Positions 17,974 through 28,374 of a stretch of 64,000 nt of DNA are shown here, piece by piece (the first letter of the stretch is position 1; the number at the start of each line of letters is the position of its first letter). Made by a program: the position numbers and the translations under genes. The notes beneath the pieces were generated by a model, which saw nothing but the letters and a program-made list of their open reading frames with translations, made no database searches and was not told the DNA's origin. Source of the DNA: an uncultured Gammaproteobacteria bacterium (GTDB lineage Bacteria; Patescibacteriota; Microgenomatia; UBA10105; UBA927); contig CAZNKB010000002.1 of NCBI GenBank assembly GCA_964573695.1, positions 109,898 through 173,897 of the forward strand. Reading direction: 5' to 3'.

Positions 17974-18633
17974 CTACTTACAGTTTAGATTCTTTTGGCA
18001 TACTGAGGGTGCTTCTTCATCGGGCACCTTACCGCAGATTATACATACTGCATCCAGCCGCTCTCGCCATATTTTCTCTGTTTCTGCTGATTCTGTAAAC
18101 GTCACGTTTTTCGGCACTTCAAACACCGGATCCACATCATCCCATTTGTTACACATACGGTCACCGGACATGTTCCCGTTTTTAAAAGCTTTCACCTCCC
18201 CGAGGGTGCCTGTATCGTTGTTTATAGCAAACGACCCAACACGTGTTTTTAGCCCGTCTACCGGTGCCAAATCATTTACCCCACGGTCCCAGATATACAC
18301 CCACTCTCCGTCGTAGAATGCCTGATGATTCCCGGATTTTTCCTCTGAGGTGGCGCTCATGCGGTAGTCCATACGGACTTTCTTACCGGATACGTAGGTA
18401 AAAAGTTCTGTGGTTACTTGCGGTGTGACCACCACATTTTGGCATTTGATGATATCCCGGAGTGCATCCTTATCACTACCTGTAGTCGAAGCCTCTTGCT
18501 TTGTTACGTTTGTAGTGTCGGATTTTGATACCGTTTCCCTGTTGGATGAAGCACGGTTATAGAAAAATATAAAATAGAAACCAAAGAGGAGCAAAAGCAC
18601 GAGAAGGATGATCAAGATATTTCGCTTTTTCAT
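17974..18633 (-). CDS. Membrane-anchored hypothetical protein with Cys-rich C-terminus
   Basis: MKKRNILIILL TM anchor; KKVRMDY, YDGEWVYIW, FEVPKNVTF; CxxC..C..C. Confidence 0.75.
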   Translation of the reverse strand: MKKRNILIILLVLLLLFGFYFIFFYNRASSNRETVSKSDTTNVTKQEASTTGSDKDALRDIIKCQNVVVTPQVTTELFTYVSGKKVRMDYRMSATSEEKSGNHQAFYDGEWVYIWDRGVNDLAPVDGLKTRVGSFAINNDTGTLGEVKAFKNGNMSGDRMCNKWDDVDPVFEVPKNVTFTESAETEKIWRERLDAVCIICGKVPDEEAPSVCQKNLNCK

Positions 18634-18677
18634 GATCACATTATACGACTTACCGTCAATGTGTAGCGCTAACCCTA

Positions 18678-19850
18678 TCAACTCCGCTGTCTTAGGAATG
18701 CGGGGATATCAAACTCATCCTCTTCCGGAGGCGTTTCATCCACAGTCGGCGTAAAGATAGGAGGCGGTTGTTGTGCTACCGGCTTCTCCACTGGCGACTG
18801 CTGTATGGAGGGTTTGGTAAATGAAGCAGCCGAACGCGGGTACCCGTACCGCGGATCGTTCGTAGGTTTACCCGTGAGTTCCCGAAGGCGTTTCTTCGTC
18901 TCGTCAAAACCTGTGGCTATCACCGTGATCTTTATCTGGTCAACCAGCTTCTCATCTATAATGGCGCCGAAAATAATGTTTGCATCTGGATCCACGGCAG
19001 ACGAGATAAGTTTCGCTGCTTCATCGACCTCGGCCATAGTGAGGTCGTTGCCTCCGATAATGTTAAAGAGTACTCCTTTGGCTCCCTCGATCGTCGTTTC
19101 CAAAAGCGGTGAGGCGACGGCTGTACGAGCTGCGGTAGCTGCCCTGTTTTCTCCGACACCTGTTCCGATTCCCATAAGGGCGCTTCCGGCATTCGTCATG
19201 ATCGTACGGACATCGGCAAAATCGACGTTTATAAGTCCCGGCATGGTGATAAGGTCAGAAATTCCCTGTACACCCTGTCCCAACACGGAATCCGTCACGC
19301 GGAATGCTTCCACCAATGTCATCTTCTTATCGATAACTTCCAAAAGCCGTTGGTTCGGGATGACAATAAGCGTATCTACCTTGTCCTTGAGGTTTGCTAT
19401 CCCCTCTTCCGCAGACACCATACGTCTCGTGCCCTCGAAATGAAACGGTTTGGTCACGACTGCCACGGTAAGAGCCCCGAGCTCCTTGGCGATTTCGGCA
19501 AATACCGGAGTCGCTCCCGTGCCGGTGCCGCCGCCTTCTCCACACGTCAAAAACACCATGTCGCTATCCCGCAAATATTCGGCAATTTTTTCCCGCGACT
19601 CTTCTGCCGCCTGACGCCCGATGTCCGGACTCCCGCCGGCACCCAATCCCCGGGTCAGATTTTCACCAATCTGGATTTTGTTCTGCGCCTGAGACAAAAG
19701 GAGTGCTTGTGCATCGGTGTTGACGGAAATAAAATCCACCCCGTTGATCTGATTATTGATGATCATGGAGTTGACTGCGTTACTGCCGCCTCCGCCGATA
19801 CCGACGACTTTTATTTTGGCGAACCGGGCTAAATCAGGTTTTATAAGCAT
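18678..19850 (-). CDS. ftsZ: Cell division protein FtsZ
   Basis: [16 protein letters not shown]-terminal DIPAFLR. Confidence 0.98.
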   Translation of the reverse strand: MLIKPDLARFAKIKVVGIGGGGSNAVNSMIINNQINGVDFISVNTDAQALLLSQAQNKIQIGENLTRGLGAGGSPDIGRQAAEESREKIAEYLRDSDMVFLTCGEGGGTGTGATPVFAEIAKELGALTVAVVTKPFHFEGTRRMVSAEEGIANLKDKVDTLIVIPNQRLLEVIDKKMTLVEAFRVTDSVLGQGVQGISDLITMPGLINVDFADVRTIMTNAGSALMGIGTGVGENRAATAARTAVASPLLETTIEGAKGVLFNIIGGNDLTMAEVDEAAKLISSAVDPDANIIFGAIIDEKLVDQIKITVIATGFDETKKRLRELTGKPTNDPRYGYPRSAASFTKPSIQQSPVEKPVAQQPPPIFTPTVDETPPEEDEFDIPAFLRQRS

Positions 19851-19910
19851 AGATGACAAATAACTATGTGATAATTCCTTCAGGGGCAAGTCTGACGGGG
19901 GCGGGTAATA

Positions 19911-21209
19911 TTAGGGCAAGAATGACTTTACCAGATCGACCAGCTTTCCGGCAAGTCCTTTAACTTGCATGGTACTTCCGATCTTTCCGAAACCGGACAA
20001 AAGAGAGCTGGAAGATTCACTTTTTCCGGTGGTATTGCCCCACAGGAGCAAACCGACACCGGTAGCATAGGAAGGCGTCATAATTTCATCGATAAGTCCC
20101 GTCACCCGTTGGGGCATACCTACATGTACCGGCATGGCCAGATTTCGTCGTGCCGCCTCTACCGCTCCGACAGTCAACGCACCTCCGCCGGTCATGACGA
20201 CTCCCGAGGGAGTCATGCCGCCGAAGCCGCTGCGCTTGATTTCCAAACCTACCATAGTGAATATTTCGTTGAGTCGCGGCTTGATAATTCCCTCGATCAG
20301 GGTTTTTCGAGAAATCGAGCGCATACCTTCCGGCAATCCCAAATCAGCGACATCGATTTCATCTTCCTTGTCACCTTTGCCTTTCGGCTTATCCTCGTCG
20401 ACGGTCATCGGCGCTTTGGGGAGCTGACCCAAACGTAATTTAATTTTCTCTGCGCTCTCGAGAGACACCCGGAGTCCGGCTGCCAAATCTTTGGTAATGT
20501 TGATTGCTCCTACCGGGATGACGGACGAATATGATAACGCCCCTTCGACAAAAATCGCGACGTCGGTCGTCCCTCCACCGATGTCGACAAGTACCACGCC
20601 GAGTTCTTTTTCCGTATCGGAAAGCGTCGCAGTGGCAGACGCTAATCCGCCAAATGCCACTCCCGCAACTTCCACTCCCAGTTCACTGACGCATTTATGC
20701 AGATTCCGTATGGCTGTGGCCCCTCCGGTCACCAAGTGGGTCTCTACTTCGAGCCGTACGCCGCTCATCCCGACCGGATCCACGATACCCTCTTGACCGT
20801 CAACGCTGTAACCCCTCGGCAACACATGAAGTATTTCGCGCGATGTAGGCAATTGCACCGCTTTTGCCGCGTCTATTACCCGGCGGACGTCAAAGGCGGT
20901 AATTTCTTTTTCCGGTTCGGCGACAGCTACCACACCGTGGGAATTGATCGATGCGATATGGGATCCGCCGACGCTCACAAAGGCCTGAGCAACCGACGCT
21001 CCTGCCATGCGTTCCGCCGCTTCAAGGGATGCGGAGATTGCTTCCGTGGCTTCCTCGATATTTACCACTTGGCTCTTGCGAAGCCCGCGGCTCGGCGAAG
21101 AAGAAACACCGATGATGCGCGCCTCTCCTTCTTCGGTAATCGAAGCGATAAGCGTTACGATTTTGGAGGAACCGATGTCTATTGCGGAGAGGATTCGATC
21201 GCGTGCCAT
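19911..21209 (-). CDS. ftsA: Cell division protein FtsA
   Basis: IDIGSSKI, DIGGGTT, TGGGA. Confidence 0.97.
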   Translation of the reverse strand: MARDRILSAIDIGSSKIVTLIASITEEGEARIIGVSSSPSRGLRKSQVVNIEEATEAISASLEAAERMAGASVAQAFVSVGGSHIASINSHGVVAVAEPEKEITAFDVRRVIDAAKAVQLPTSREILHVLPRGYSVDGQEGIVDPVGMSGVRLEVETHLVTGGATAIRNLHKCVSELGVEVAGVAFGGLASATATLSDTEKELGVVLVDIGGGTTDVAIFVEGALSYSSVIPVGAINITKDLAAGLRVSLESAEKIKLRLGQLPKAPMTVDEDKPKGKGDKEDEIDVADLGLPEGMRSISRKTLIEGIIKPRLNEIFTMVGLEIKRSGFGGMTPSGVVMTGGGALTVGAVEAARRNLAMPVHVGMPQRVTGLIDEIMTPSYATGVGLLLWGNTTGKSESSSSLLSGFGKIGSTMQVKGLAGKLVDLVKSFLP

Positions 21210-21228
21210 AAAGAGCTTTCTGGTGTTA

Positions 21229-21930
21229 TTAGTTCGTGATGACCGGTTTTTCAAACCGAAGATCTATCACGGTGGGCAGTGTTCCTTTTATTCTAAACCC
21301 CTCTACAATTGTTTGTAAAGTATCTGCTTTCGCGCTCATATCACCTATTTGAGGAAGAAATATGTTTGTATGTCCCGAAATAGCCTGTATGCTCGAGCTA
21401 TCCCGCTCTACGATACGCGAAACAGGTACCCGTCCGGAAAGCTGCCGCAAGAAAGCAACTGCCGCCTTGACTCCCGGATGTGTCACCGGATTGCCGGTTA
21501 CCAGTATCCCCGCGTTGAATTCCAGCTCGGGATACCCGGCGCGGTTATCTACGCCACCCAACACCAAACCGTTTTCATCCAGCGCATATGTGTTCCCGGC
21601 AGAATGAAGCACAAAATGCGTATTTCTCCGTGAGAGGTGTACAACCAGCGTACCGGGAAAACGTTTCTCGAACCGAACCTGCGACAGCAGCGGATAGGTA
21701 TTGAAAAGATCGGTTTTCAATTTCTCGACGGGCAAAAACAATAAATTTTTTCCGAATCTTTGAGAATCCAGTTCAATGGACATGAACGGTGCATCAACGA
21801 CCACGTTGGTTATCGTAAATGCCCGCACCACCAGTAAAGAAATTCCTGCGATACAAAGTAGCGAAAGGACAACGCCTGCAAATATCCTCAAGAAGCGCCG
21901 TATAGTATATGCGTGAAGTCGGGATGCCAT
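21229..21930 (-). CDS. ftsQ: FtsQ/DivIB-like cell division protein
   Basis: Single TM, POTRA-like KRFPGTL, C-terminal IDLRF; upstream of ftsA. Confidence 0.8.
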   Translation of the reverse strand: MASRLHAYTIRRFLRIFAGVVLSLLCIAGISLLVVRAFTITNVVVDAPFMSIELDSQRFGKNLLFLPVEKLKTDLFNTYPLLSQVRFEKRFPGTLVVHLSRRNTHFVLHSAGNTYALDENGLVLGGVDNRAGYPELEFNAGILVTGNPVTHPGVKAAVAFLRQLSGRVPVSRIVERDSSSIQAISGHTNIFLPQIGDMSAKADTLQTIVEGFRIKGTLPTVIDLRFEKPVITN

Positions 21931-21936
21931 GAGTGT

Positions 21937-23070
21937 TTATATATGGAGTACGCCAGACACAACGGCAACCAATCGTTTGGCCCCGTCGCTTGGGAGTAGC
22001 GGCGCCAGTTCCTTGGCGCGCCTAGAGTACTCCGGTAAAGCATCCATAATCGTCTCTATCGCGTGAAGCAGGGATGCGTGCGACAGATTTTTCTGTTCCA
22101 CGATGATCGCACTTCCCGCATCGCGAAGCACTTGTGCATTGTGATATTGTTCATTATTCCCGGCCCATGGCAATGGTATCAATATTGCGACTTTTTGCCG
22201 TAGCGCCAATTCCACTACGGTATTTGCTCCCGCGCGGCCGATCACTAACGCTGATTTACCCAACAGATAACTATATTCGTCCGTAGAAAGATACGCGACA
22301 GGCATATATCTGTCTTGTAGCGCCTTCGGAATAGCCCGCTTTATGTTTAATGCTTTCTCGAGTGAAATTCTGCCTACCTGATGAACGACCGAGTACTCCT
22401 TAATAAGGGTCCGTATCACTTCAAACACGACGTTATTGATACTTGTTGAACCGGTACTTCCTCCGACAATACTTATAAGCGGGCGGGTGGTTTCCAAAGC
22501 AAAGGAACTTGTCTTGGGAGGATAAAGCATGCTTTTTCTTACCGGAAGACCCGTCAGAACGGTGTCCGAAGCCCGAGGGAAACTGTTCATCGTTTCTTCA
22601 AAACTGACGCAAATTTTGGTCGCGAATCTGGAAATAATACGGTTGGCAAGTCCGGGCCTCGTCGTCTGCTCATGGGTAACGACAGGGATCCGCCAAATCC
22701 AAGCGCACACAACTACGGGAAGGGCTACATACCCGCCAAACGATACGACGACACTTGGCCGCTCCTGGAGGATATACCAGGCACTTTGAAAAAATCCCAA
22801 CGGGATCTTGAGCATCGAAAGCGCTGCTGCTGCACCGCCCTCGCGTTTGAGTCTCCCGGCAGAAATCGAAAAAAATGGGATACCCAAATCAGAAATGATC
22901 CTATACTCTTCTGAAAGTGTGGCGTGTCCTTCAAGCGCTTTTTTTCGACCGACGAATACTATCTCCCACGAGGGATACGTATGCCGAAGTTCTTCTATCG
23001 TGGCCATTGCCGGAGTGATATGTCCTCCGGTCATAAGTACTTTGATTCGTTTGTTTTGGATCTGTGTCAT
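21937..23070 (-). CDS. murG: Undecaprenyldiphospho-muramoylpentapeptide GlcNAc transferase
   Basis: GGHITPA, GGYV, HEQ, GGSTG, RAGA, EQYHNA. Confidence 0.95.
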   Translation of the reverse strand: MTQIQNKRIKVLMTGGHITPAMATIEELRHTYPSWEIVFVGRKKALEGHATLSEEYRIISDLGIPFFSISAGRLKREGGAAAALSMLKIPLGFFQSAWYILQERPSVVVSFGGYVALPVVVCAWIWRIPVVTHEQTTRPGLANRIISRFATKICVSFEETMNSFPRASDTVLTGLPVRKSMLYPPKTSSFALETTRPLISIVGGSTGSTSINNVVFEVIRTLIKEYSVVHQVGRISLEKALNIKRAIPKALQDRYMPVAYLSTDEYSYLLGKSALVIGRAGANTVVELALRQKVAILIPLPWAGNNEQYHNAQVLRDAGSAIIVEQKNLSHASLLHAIETIMDALPEYSRRAKELAPLLPSDGAKRLVAVVSGVLHI

Positions 23071-24200
23071 GTATTTTTTTTGCTGATGTTATAGACTATT
23101 CCCAACGCTCCCAAGGTTATCACTAAATTTGATCCCCCGTAAGAAATAAGCGGAAGCGGCACGCCGGTAAGCGGCAACACTGCTACCATTGACCCGATAT
23201 TGATGAATGTCTGCGTACCGATCCACGACCCTATACCAAGTACCAACAGTTTCCCGAACGGTTCATTCACCCGCCTTGCTATTTTAAAACAACGCCACAC
23301 CAAAAACAGAAACAGCAGCACCACGATCGCCGCCCCCACGAATCCGGTCTCTTCCCCAAGAATAGCAAATATCGAATCCGTGTTTGCCTCGGGCAGATAT
23401 TCATATTTCTGACGCGATTTCCCCAGTCCCACTCCAAACAATCCACCGGAACCTAGCGCCAAGAGCACCTGACGGATCTGATAGGACGACCCAAGCGGAT
23501 CCAGCTCAGGATTGAGAAACGTAAGCACCCGACGCAACCGATACGGTTGCACCACTGCAAGTCCGCCGACAGCCGCCAAAAGTAACGGGATGAGTCCGAC
23601 GAAATGCATAACCGGTGCCCCGGAAAGAAAATACAAAGCCAGGGCAGTCGTCAGGATAGTGACAGCGGTTCCCAAATCCGGTTCTATAACGACCAGGCCG
23701 ACCACCATGCCGATGAGCAACATAAAAGCCAGCAGCCTTCCCCGTTCCTTGGTCGAAAACCACGCAGACAGATAAATCACCATAGTCAGCTTCGCCAATT
23801 CCGCCGGCTGCACGATAAATATCCCGAAATTCAACCAGCGGTGGGCGCCGAGGGCACGTACGCCGAATCCGGGAACAAACACGGCAAGCAGCAATATCAG
23901 CGTGCCGATAAGCATGGGAACCGCAAATTGCCGAAATATCGTGTACGGAAGCCGGGAAAACACGCCAAATGCGATAAACCCCAAACACAGCCACTTTATC
24001 TGATCGCGGACAAAATGATACGGATTTGCAAAATCCCGCAGGGCTATTGCCACGGATGAATCGTATACCATGAGTATGCCGATCCCGGAAAGCACCACCG
24101 TGGCAGCCAGTAGCCACCGATCTCCCATACCCGTGGCTTTGGTGTGACGGACACTACGTAGCGTGTCTTTTGGGCGGAAAAGAGTGGTAAATATATTCAT
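23067..24200 (-). CDS. ftsW: SEDS protein FtsW
   Basis: GAHRW, QPAE, EPDLG, GLGKSRQK..YLPEANTD. Confidence 0.93.
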   Translation of the reverse strand: MNIFTTLFRPKDTLRSVRHTKATGMGDRWLLAATVVLSGIGILMVYDSSVAIALRDFANPYHFVRDQIKWLCLGFIAFGVFSRLPYTIFRQFAVPMLIGTLILLLAVFVPGFGVRALGAHRWLNFGIFIVQPAELAKLTMVIYLSAWFSTKERGRLLAFMLLIGMVVGLVVIEPDLGTAVTILTTALALYFLSGAPVMHFVGLIPLLLAAVGGLAVVQPYRLRRVLTFLNPELDPLGSSYQIRQVLLALGSGGLFGVGLGKSRQKYEYLPEANTDSIFAILGEETGFVGAAIVVLLFLFLVWRCFKIARRVNEPFGKLLVLGIGSWIGTQTFINIGSMVAVLPLTGVPLPLISYGGSNLVITLGALGIVYNISKKNT

Positions 24201-24222
24201 GGGTTGCTGACATCCTTATGCG

Positions 24223-25257
24223 TTAGTTGAGGAGCGCCAACCACAGACCAAACATCGCCAATACAATCGCTAGGATCCAGAACCGCATAACGATCTTTGA
24301 TTCGGGCCAGCCCTTTACCTGTAACCACAAGTGAAGCGGAGCTGCTGCAAAAACCTTGCGTCCTGTCACAGACTTCGCCACCAGCTGGATAAGCGATGAA
24401 CTTACCTCGAGGACAAAAATTCCGCCGATGATGACCAATGCCGGCGTTTTCCCCAAAATCAACCCGACGACTGCAAATGTCGCCCCGAAAGACAACGCCC
24501 CTACATCGCCCAAAAAAATACGCGACGGCAGCACGTTGAAGTATAGGAACGCCAACATACCACCGATCCACAAGGCGATAAATATGGACAGAACGGTATC
24601 TAATATGGAAGCCGAAAGAAACCAAAAAGCAAACAACGCGATAACCAGTACTCCCGCAGAAAGACCGTCTAGGCCGTCGGTAATATTAAACGCGTTTGCA
24701 AACGCAATAATCACAAAGACGGCAAACGGAATGTACCACCACCCCAAGTGAAACACCCCCAAGAACGGGACATGGAATATGCCGATTTTGAGATCATGCA
24801 CTAACCAAAAGCTGATAACCCCCGCCAAAATAATTTCCAAAATCAACTTATGCCGAAGCCGCAGCCCGAAAAATCCGTTTTTGACCCATGCGAATGTCTT
24901 TTTCGTATCATCCAAAAGTCCCAACAACCCGAAGGATATGAAGGTAAATATGAGAATTTTTACCTCGCTAGCCATAGGGTACACCGAAGTCACCGGTATC
25001 CAGAAATAATACATAAGAAGCAAAATTGTCGGCAGCAGTATTGTGGTGAGTAATATGATAAGGAGCCCGCCTCCTACAGGAGTACCTGCCTTATGATGAT
25101 GAAACTTATCAAACAGGGGCGTCCGGTTATTGAACATGTCTCGGGTGACCTGCTTTAGCCTCTGCAGGCGGATTTGGTACAAAAGCCGGATAAACGGGAT
25201 AAATAAGATGCTGTGCATCAACCAAGAAAATAGCACGACACCAAGCAGTAGTTGCAT
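24223..25257 (-). CDS. mraY: Phospho-N-acetylmuramoyl-pentapeptide transferase
   Basis: KAGTP.GGG, DD, NITDGLDGL, FLGDVG, APLH. Confidence 0.95.
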   Translation of the reverse strand: MQLLLGVVLFSWLMHSILFIPFIRLLYQIRLQRLKQVTRDMFNNRTPLFDKFHHHKAGTPVGGGLLIILLTTILLPTILLLMYYFWIPVTSVYPMASEVKILIFTFISFGLLGLLDDTKKTFAWVKNGFFGLRLRHKLILEIILAGVISFWLVHDLKIGIFHVPFLGVFHLGWWYIPFAVFVIIAFANAFNITDGLDGLSAGVLVIALFAFWFLSASILDTVLSIFIALWIGGMLAFLYFNVLPSRIFLGDVGALSFGATFAVVGLILGKTPALVIIGGIFVLEVSSSLIQLVAKSVTGRKVFAAAPLHLWLQVKGWPESKIVMRFWILAIVLAMFGLWLALLN

Positions 25258-25261
25258 ATGA

Positions 25262-25636
25262 TTAGAATCCGATCCTCGTGACAAGCTTCGGGCCCAGTAT
25301 AAGAGCGGCCACGCACAATGCCCCGATTGCGACGGTCAGCATCATGCCAGCCGCTACATCCTTGGCTATCTTGGCGTCTTTGCGCCACTCGTGAGTTATG
25401 AGGTCTGTCATAGCCTCGAGTGAAGTATTCACAAGCTCAGCCGAGAGGCCCAACACTATTGTAAAAACCACAATCGTCCACTCTACCGGGGTAACCTCAA
25501 GAAACCAACAAAGGTAGACTGCCAGTAAAGATAACGCGATATGTACGCGAAAATTCGGCTGCGTCCTGATAGCCCACCACAATCCGCTCCATGCGTTTTG
25601 GAACGAAATATGATGCCGATGCAATATCTTCTTCAT
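25262..25636 (-). CDS. dgkA: Diacylglycerol/undecaprenol kinase family
   Basis: SF.NAWSG, NFRVH, ELVNTSLE, AKDVAAG. Confidence 0.9.
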   Translation of the reverse strand: MKKILHRHHISFQNAWSGLWWAIRTQPNFRVHIALSLLAVYLCWFLEVTPVEWTIVVFTIVLGLSAELVNTSLEAMTDLITHEWRKDAKIAKDVAAGMMLTVAIGALCVAALILGPKLVTRIGF

Positions 25637-25710
25637 GCTAGTTTCCCGCTCCCTCAGGTTTATAGTATAGGAACTAACACCCCAAAATACAAACCTGACG
25701 GCCAGGACGG

Positions 25711-26724
25711 CTAATCGTACCCGCGCAAAATACGCCGTCCGGACTCAATGATTCGCGTGAGCCAATAAAAGGGCGAAACGGGCAGATCCTGTGCATGCAA
25801 ATACTCTATGCTACGGCCACCAAATCCTGTTTTGAACAATGTTATACCTCGCCATGGATGCTTTGGGCTTCCTTCCGGTGCTATTCCCCAAAAATTGTAC
25901 ACTTTCATACCTCGTTTTTTCGCCTCAGTAATCGCTTCCCACTGGACGGAATAAGACACGGCAGCTTTGGAGGGCAGGCTCGCCCCATGATGATAGATCG
26001 CCTGATTGCCGTAATACAAAATAATCGCACAGGCTGTCGTCACCCCGTCCTGTTTGCCCACGTAAAGCATCGCCTGATTACGCTTGGCAAAAAGCTCAAA
26101 TTCTTCTTTTATACCCACATGAGGGATGAATCCATGCCTGGTGCTCGTTGCGGCATACAAGGCATCGAATTCTTTGAGGTGTTTGGGATCGGTCGTGGTA
26201 TAGACCTGTACCCCACCTTTTGACGCGCGGCGGATTTCATATCTGGTAGTCTTTCGCATATCACCCAAAAGTTCTTCCTCGGTCTTATGTAAATCCAGGA
26301 CCCAGCAATATTCTCCGTCCATTCGGTGTATCGAAGCAGGCAGACACCCGAATTCCCTAAAAAACTTCCGGGTAACATCGGAATCTTCCCAGAGCGGATT
26401 CATCCGAACAAACCAGCACCGGTGCCGCTTGGCTTCTTTTTTCAAAAATTCCAACGTTTGTTTCCATACGCGCTTGTTACGGCCGGAAAGTACGGGGCCG
26501 TGCCGGACATGAAGAAACGACCCCCGTTTTGCCCGTATGAGCGCTGCCTGAATAATTCCGACAAGCGTATCGCGCTCATATATCCCATACCGGTATACCG
26601 TGTGACCGGTACGTTTTTGCACTTCTCCCCACGTATAGCTTTGGAATAATGACTGCGGTGCATGGCGGAGAACAAATAATTCCCATGATGACTGATCCTG
26701 GATCATCTCGAACCTGAGTGACAT
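25711..26724 (-). CDS. FemAB/FemX-family peptidoglycan interpeptide-bridge aminoacyltransferase
   Basis: FQSYTWG, HGPV, KTTRYEIRR, YNFWG, FKTGFGG. Confidence 0.9.
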   Translation of the reverse strand: MSLRFEMIQDQSSWELFVLRHAPQSLFQSYTWGEVQKRTGHTVYRYGIYERDTLVGIIQAALIRAKRGSFLHVRHGPVLSGRNKRVWKQTLEFLKKEAKRHRCWFVRMNPLWEDSDVTRKFFREFGCLPASIHRMDGEYCWVLDLHKTEEELLGDMRKTTRYEIRRASKGGVQVYTTTDPKHLKEFDALYAATSTRHGFIPHVGIKEEFELFAKRNQAMLYVGKQDGVTTACAIILYYGNQAIYHHGASLPSKAAVSYSVQWEAITEAKKRGMKVYNFWGIAPEGSPKHPWRGITLFKTGFGGRSIEYLHAQDLPVSPFYWLTRIIESGRRILRGYD

Positions 26725-26728
26725 ACGG

Positions 26729-27367
26729 CTATTGTACGTGAAACGCTGCTTCGGCGCCAACGGTCGTTTCGTTTCCGTGCCCGGAAAGCAAACGGGTATG
26801 TTTGGGAAGGGAAAGTATCATGCGAATGGATGTTTGTATGTCTTTGGAGCTCGCGTACGACCGATCGGTTCTTCCGATAGCTCCCTCTGCAAAAATCGTG
26901 TCTCCGGTACATATAAGGGATTCGCTGGGTATATAAAAACATACGCTCCCCGGCGTATGTCCAGGGGTATGAAGTACAAAGATATTGGTCCTCCCTATCG
27001 GAAGTGTGTCGCCGTCAGACAACGTTTGACCGATCGCAGGGGGAGGGTCAATATGGGGAAGCACCAAAAAATGCTGTGCCGATTCGCGCATGCGGCGTAC
27101 CAAAAATGCATCAAGCGCATGGATGCCGAAGGGGATAGAAAATCCTAGCGTAAGGGCAAATGCTGCCATGATATGGTCAAAATGCCCATGCGTCGCCACA
27201 ACACGGGTTGGGGTGAGTGCCAATTGCGTGAGCCTATCGCTTATGTATTCTGCATCATCCCCGGGATCGATAATGATTGCTTCTTTCGAATAAGAATCAT
27301 AGACGATATGGCAATTGGTCTCCATAGATCCCACCCGGAGTGTCATAACGGAAATTGAAGATGCCAT
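26729..27367 (-). CDS. MBL-fold metallo-hydrolase (glyoxalase II-like)
   Basis: THGHFDH, TPGHTPG, GDT, GHG. Confidence 0.93.
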   Translation of the reverse strand: MASSISVMTLRVGSMETNCHIVYDSYSKEAIIIDPGDDAEYISDRLTQLALTPTRVVATHGHFDHIMAAFALTLGFSIPFGIHALDAFLVRRMRESAQHFLVLPHIDPPPAIGQTLSDGDTLPIGRTNIFVLHTPGHTPGSVCFYIPSESLICTGDTIFAEGAIGRTDRSYASSKDIQTSIRMILSLPKHTRLLSGHGNETTVGAEAAFHVQ

Positions 27368-27399
27368 AATTCTATTTGGATTAGTTTATATACGGGTGC

Positions 27400-28374
27400 T
27401 TAATCGGTGAATATTTGCGTAAACATAGTGCCGTATATTCCTCCGCTGATCACTCCCACCCCGATAACATGAAATCGCGTATCCAAAATATTCGCCCGAT
27501 GACCTTCGCTGTTCATAAGCCCTTCGTGTGCACTTTTGATATCCGGCGAAAAAGCAAGGTTTTCTCCGACTAGCCCATACGATACGCTGGCAGCATCGAG
27601 GCGATCCGCGGCGTTTTTACCGTCCGGATCATAATGAGAAAAATATCTTCTTTCAAACATATCCCTGCTTTTTCCCCTGGCGACTATTGCTACCTGCTCA
27701 TCAAAACGAAGCGGGGCAAGTCCCTGTTTCTTGCGTTCAGCGTTCACGAGGTTCGTCATTTGTTGTTCCCATTCATAATGTATCGTGAGGGAAATCGGCT
27801 TGGTGGGCAATTCCAGAGATATCTGCTCCCGGCTTCCCGGCTCAACCGTCATAAATTTCGTAATATTACGGGATAAATTCTCTATATTCTCCCGCACATT
27901 GCCACCCATACGATCAGACAAAGACATGATCTGCTTACCGATCCATGAACGCTGAATATCCTGTTTGATCGCGCCCCGCATCGGCAATTCCAAAATAAGG
28001 ATAAGGAAAAACGAAATGATAACAAGCGCGTTGGCAACGGATAACAGGCTGCCTAACCAATGATTTAGTTTGGAAGTATGAAATTTTTGGGGAAGCCTAT
28101 CTAACAGGATCGTAAAGAGCGACTCAAGTATCACCTGCGACAGCATGGCCGCTATAAGGTAGCCTATCGTATCAACCCAGATTGTCGCGACACCGAATTT
28201 TTGCTCAAAAAACGCTCCGATAACGACATGAAACCTCACCGCTATCCAAAAAGAAAGTATATAGCTTGCAAAAGATGCGATCTGCCGGGTCGCCCCATGA
28301 AGCCAACCCTCTTTAAGCGCGTAAATAAGTATCGCCCCGATAACGGCGTCCACCCAATAGGCTTCCATAGTCAT
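27400..28374 (-). CDS. CvpA-like membrane domain fused to CAP/SCP domain
   Basis: Four N-terminal TM helices; VNAER, YFSH, GENLA, MNSEGHRANIL. Confidence 0.85.
   Translation of the reverse strand: MTMEAYWVDAVIGAILIYALKEGWLHGATRQIASFASYILSFWIAVRFHVVIGAFFEQKFGVATIWVDTIGYLIAAMLSQVILESLFTILLDRLPQKFHTSKLNHWLGSLLSVANALVIISFFLILILELPMRGAIKQDIQRSWIGKQIMSLSDRMGGNVRENIENLSRNITKFMTVEPGSREQISLELPTKPISLTIHYEWEQQMTNLVNAERKKQGLAPLRFDEQVAIVARGKSRDMFERRYFSHYDPDGKNAADRLDAASVSYGLVGENLAFSPDIKSAHEGLMNSEGHRANILDTRFHVIGVGVISGGIYGTMFTQIFTD

Noticed and set aside
18805-21239. Long plus-strand ORFs opposite ftsZ/ftsA (similar ones opposite ileS, ftsI, DUF4012 and the GT-C fusion)
   Set aside because: Antisense shadows of conserved genes, with no recognisable motifs
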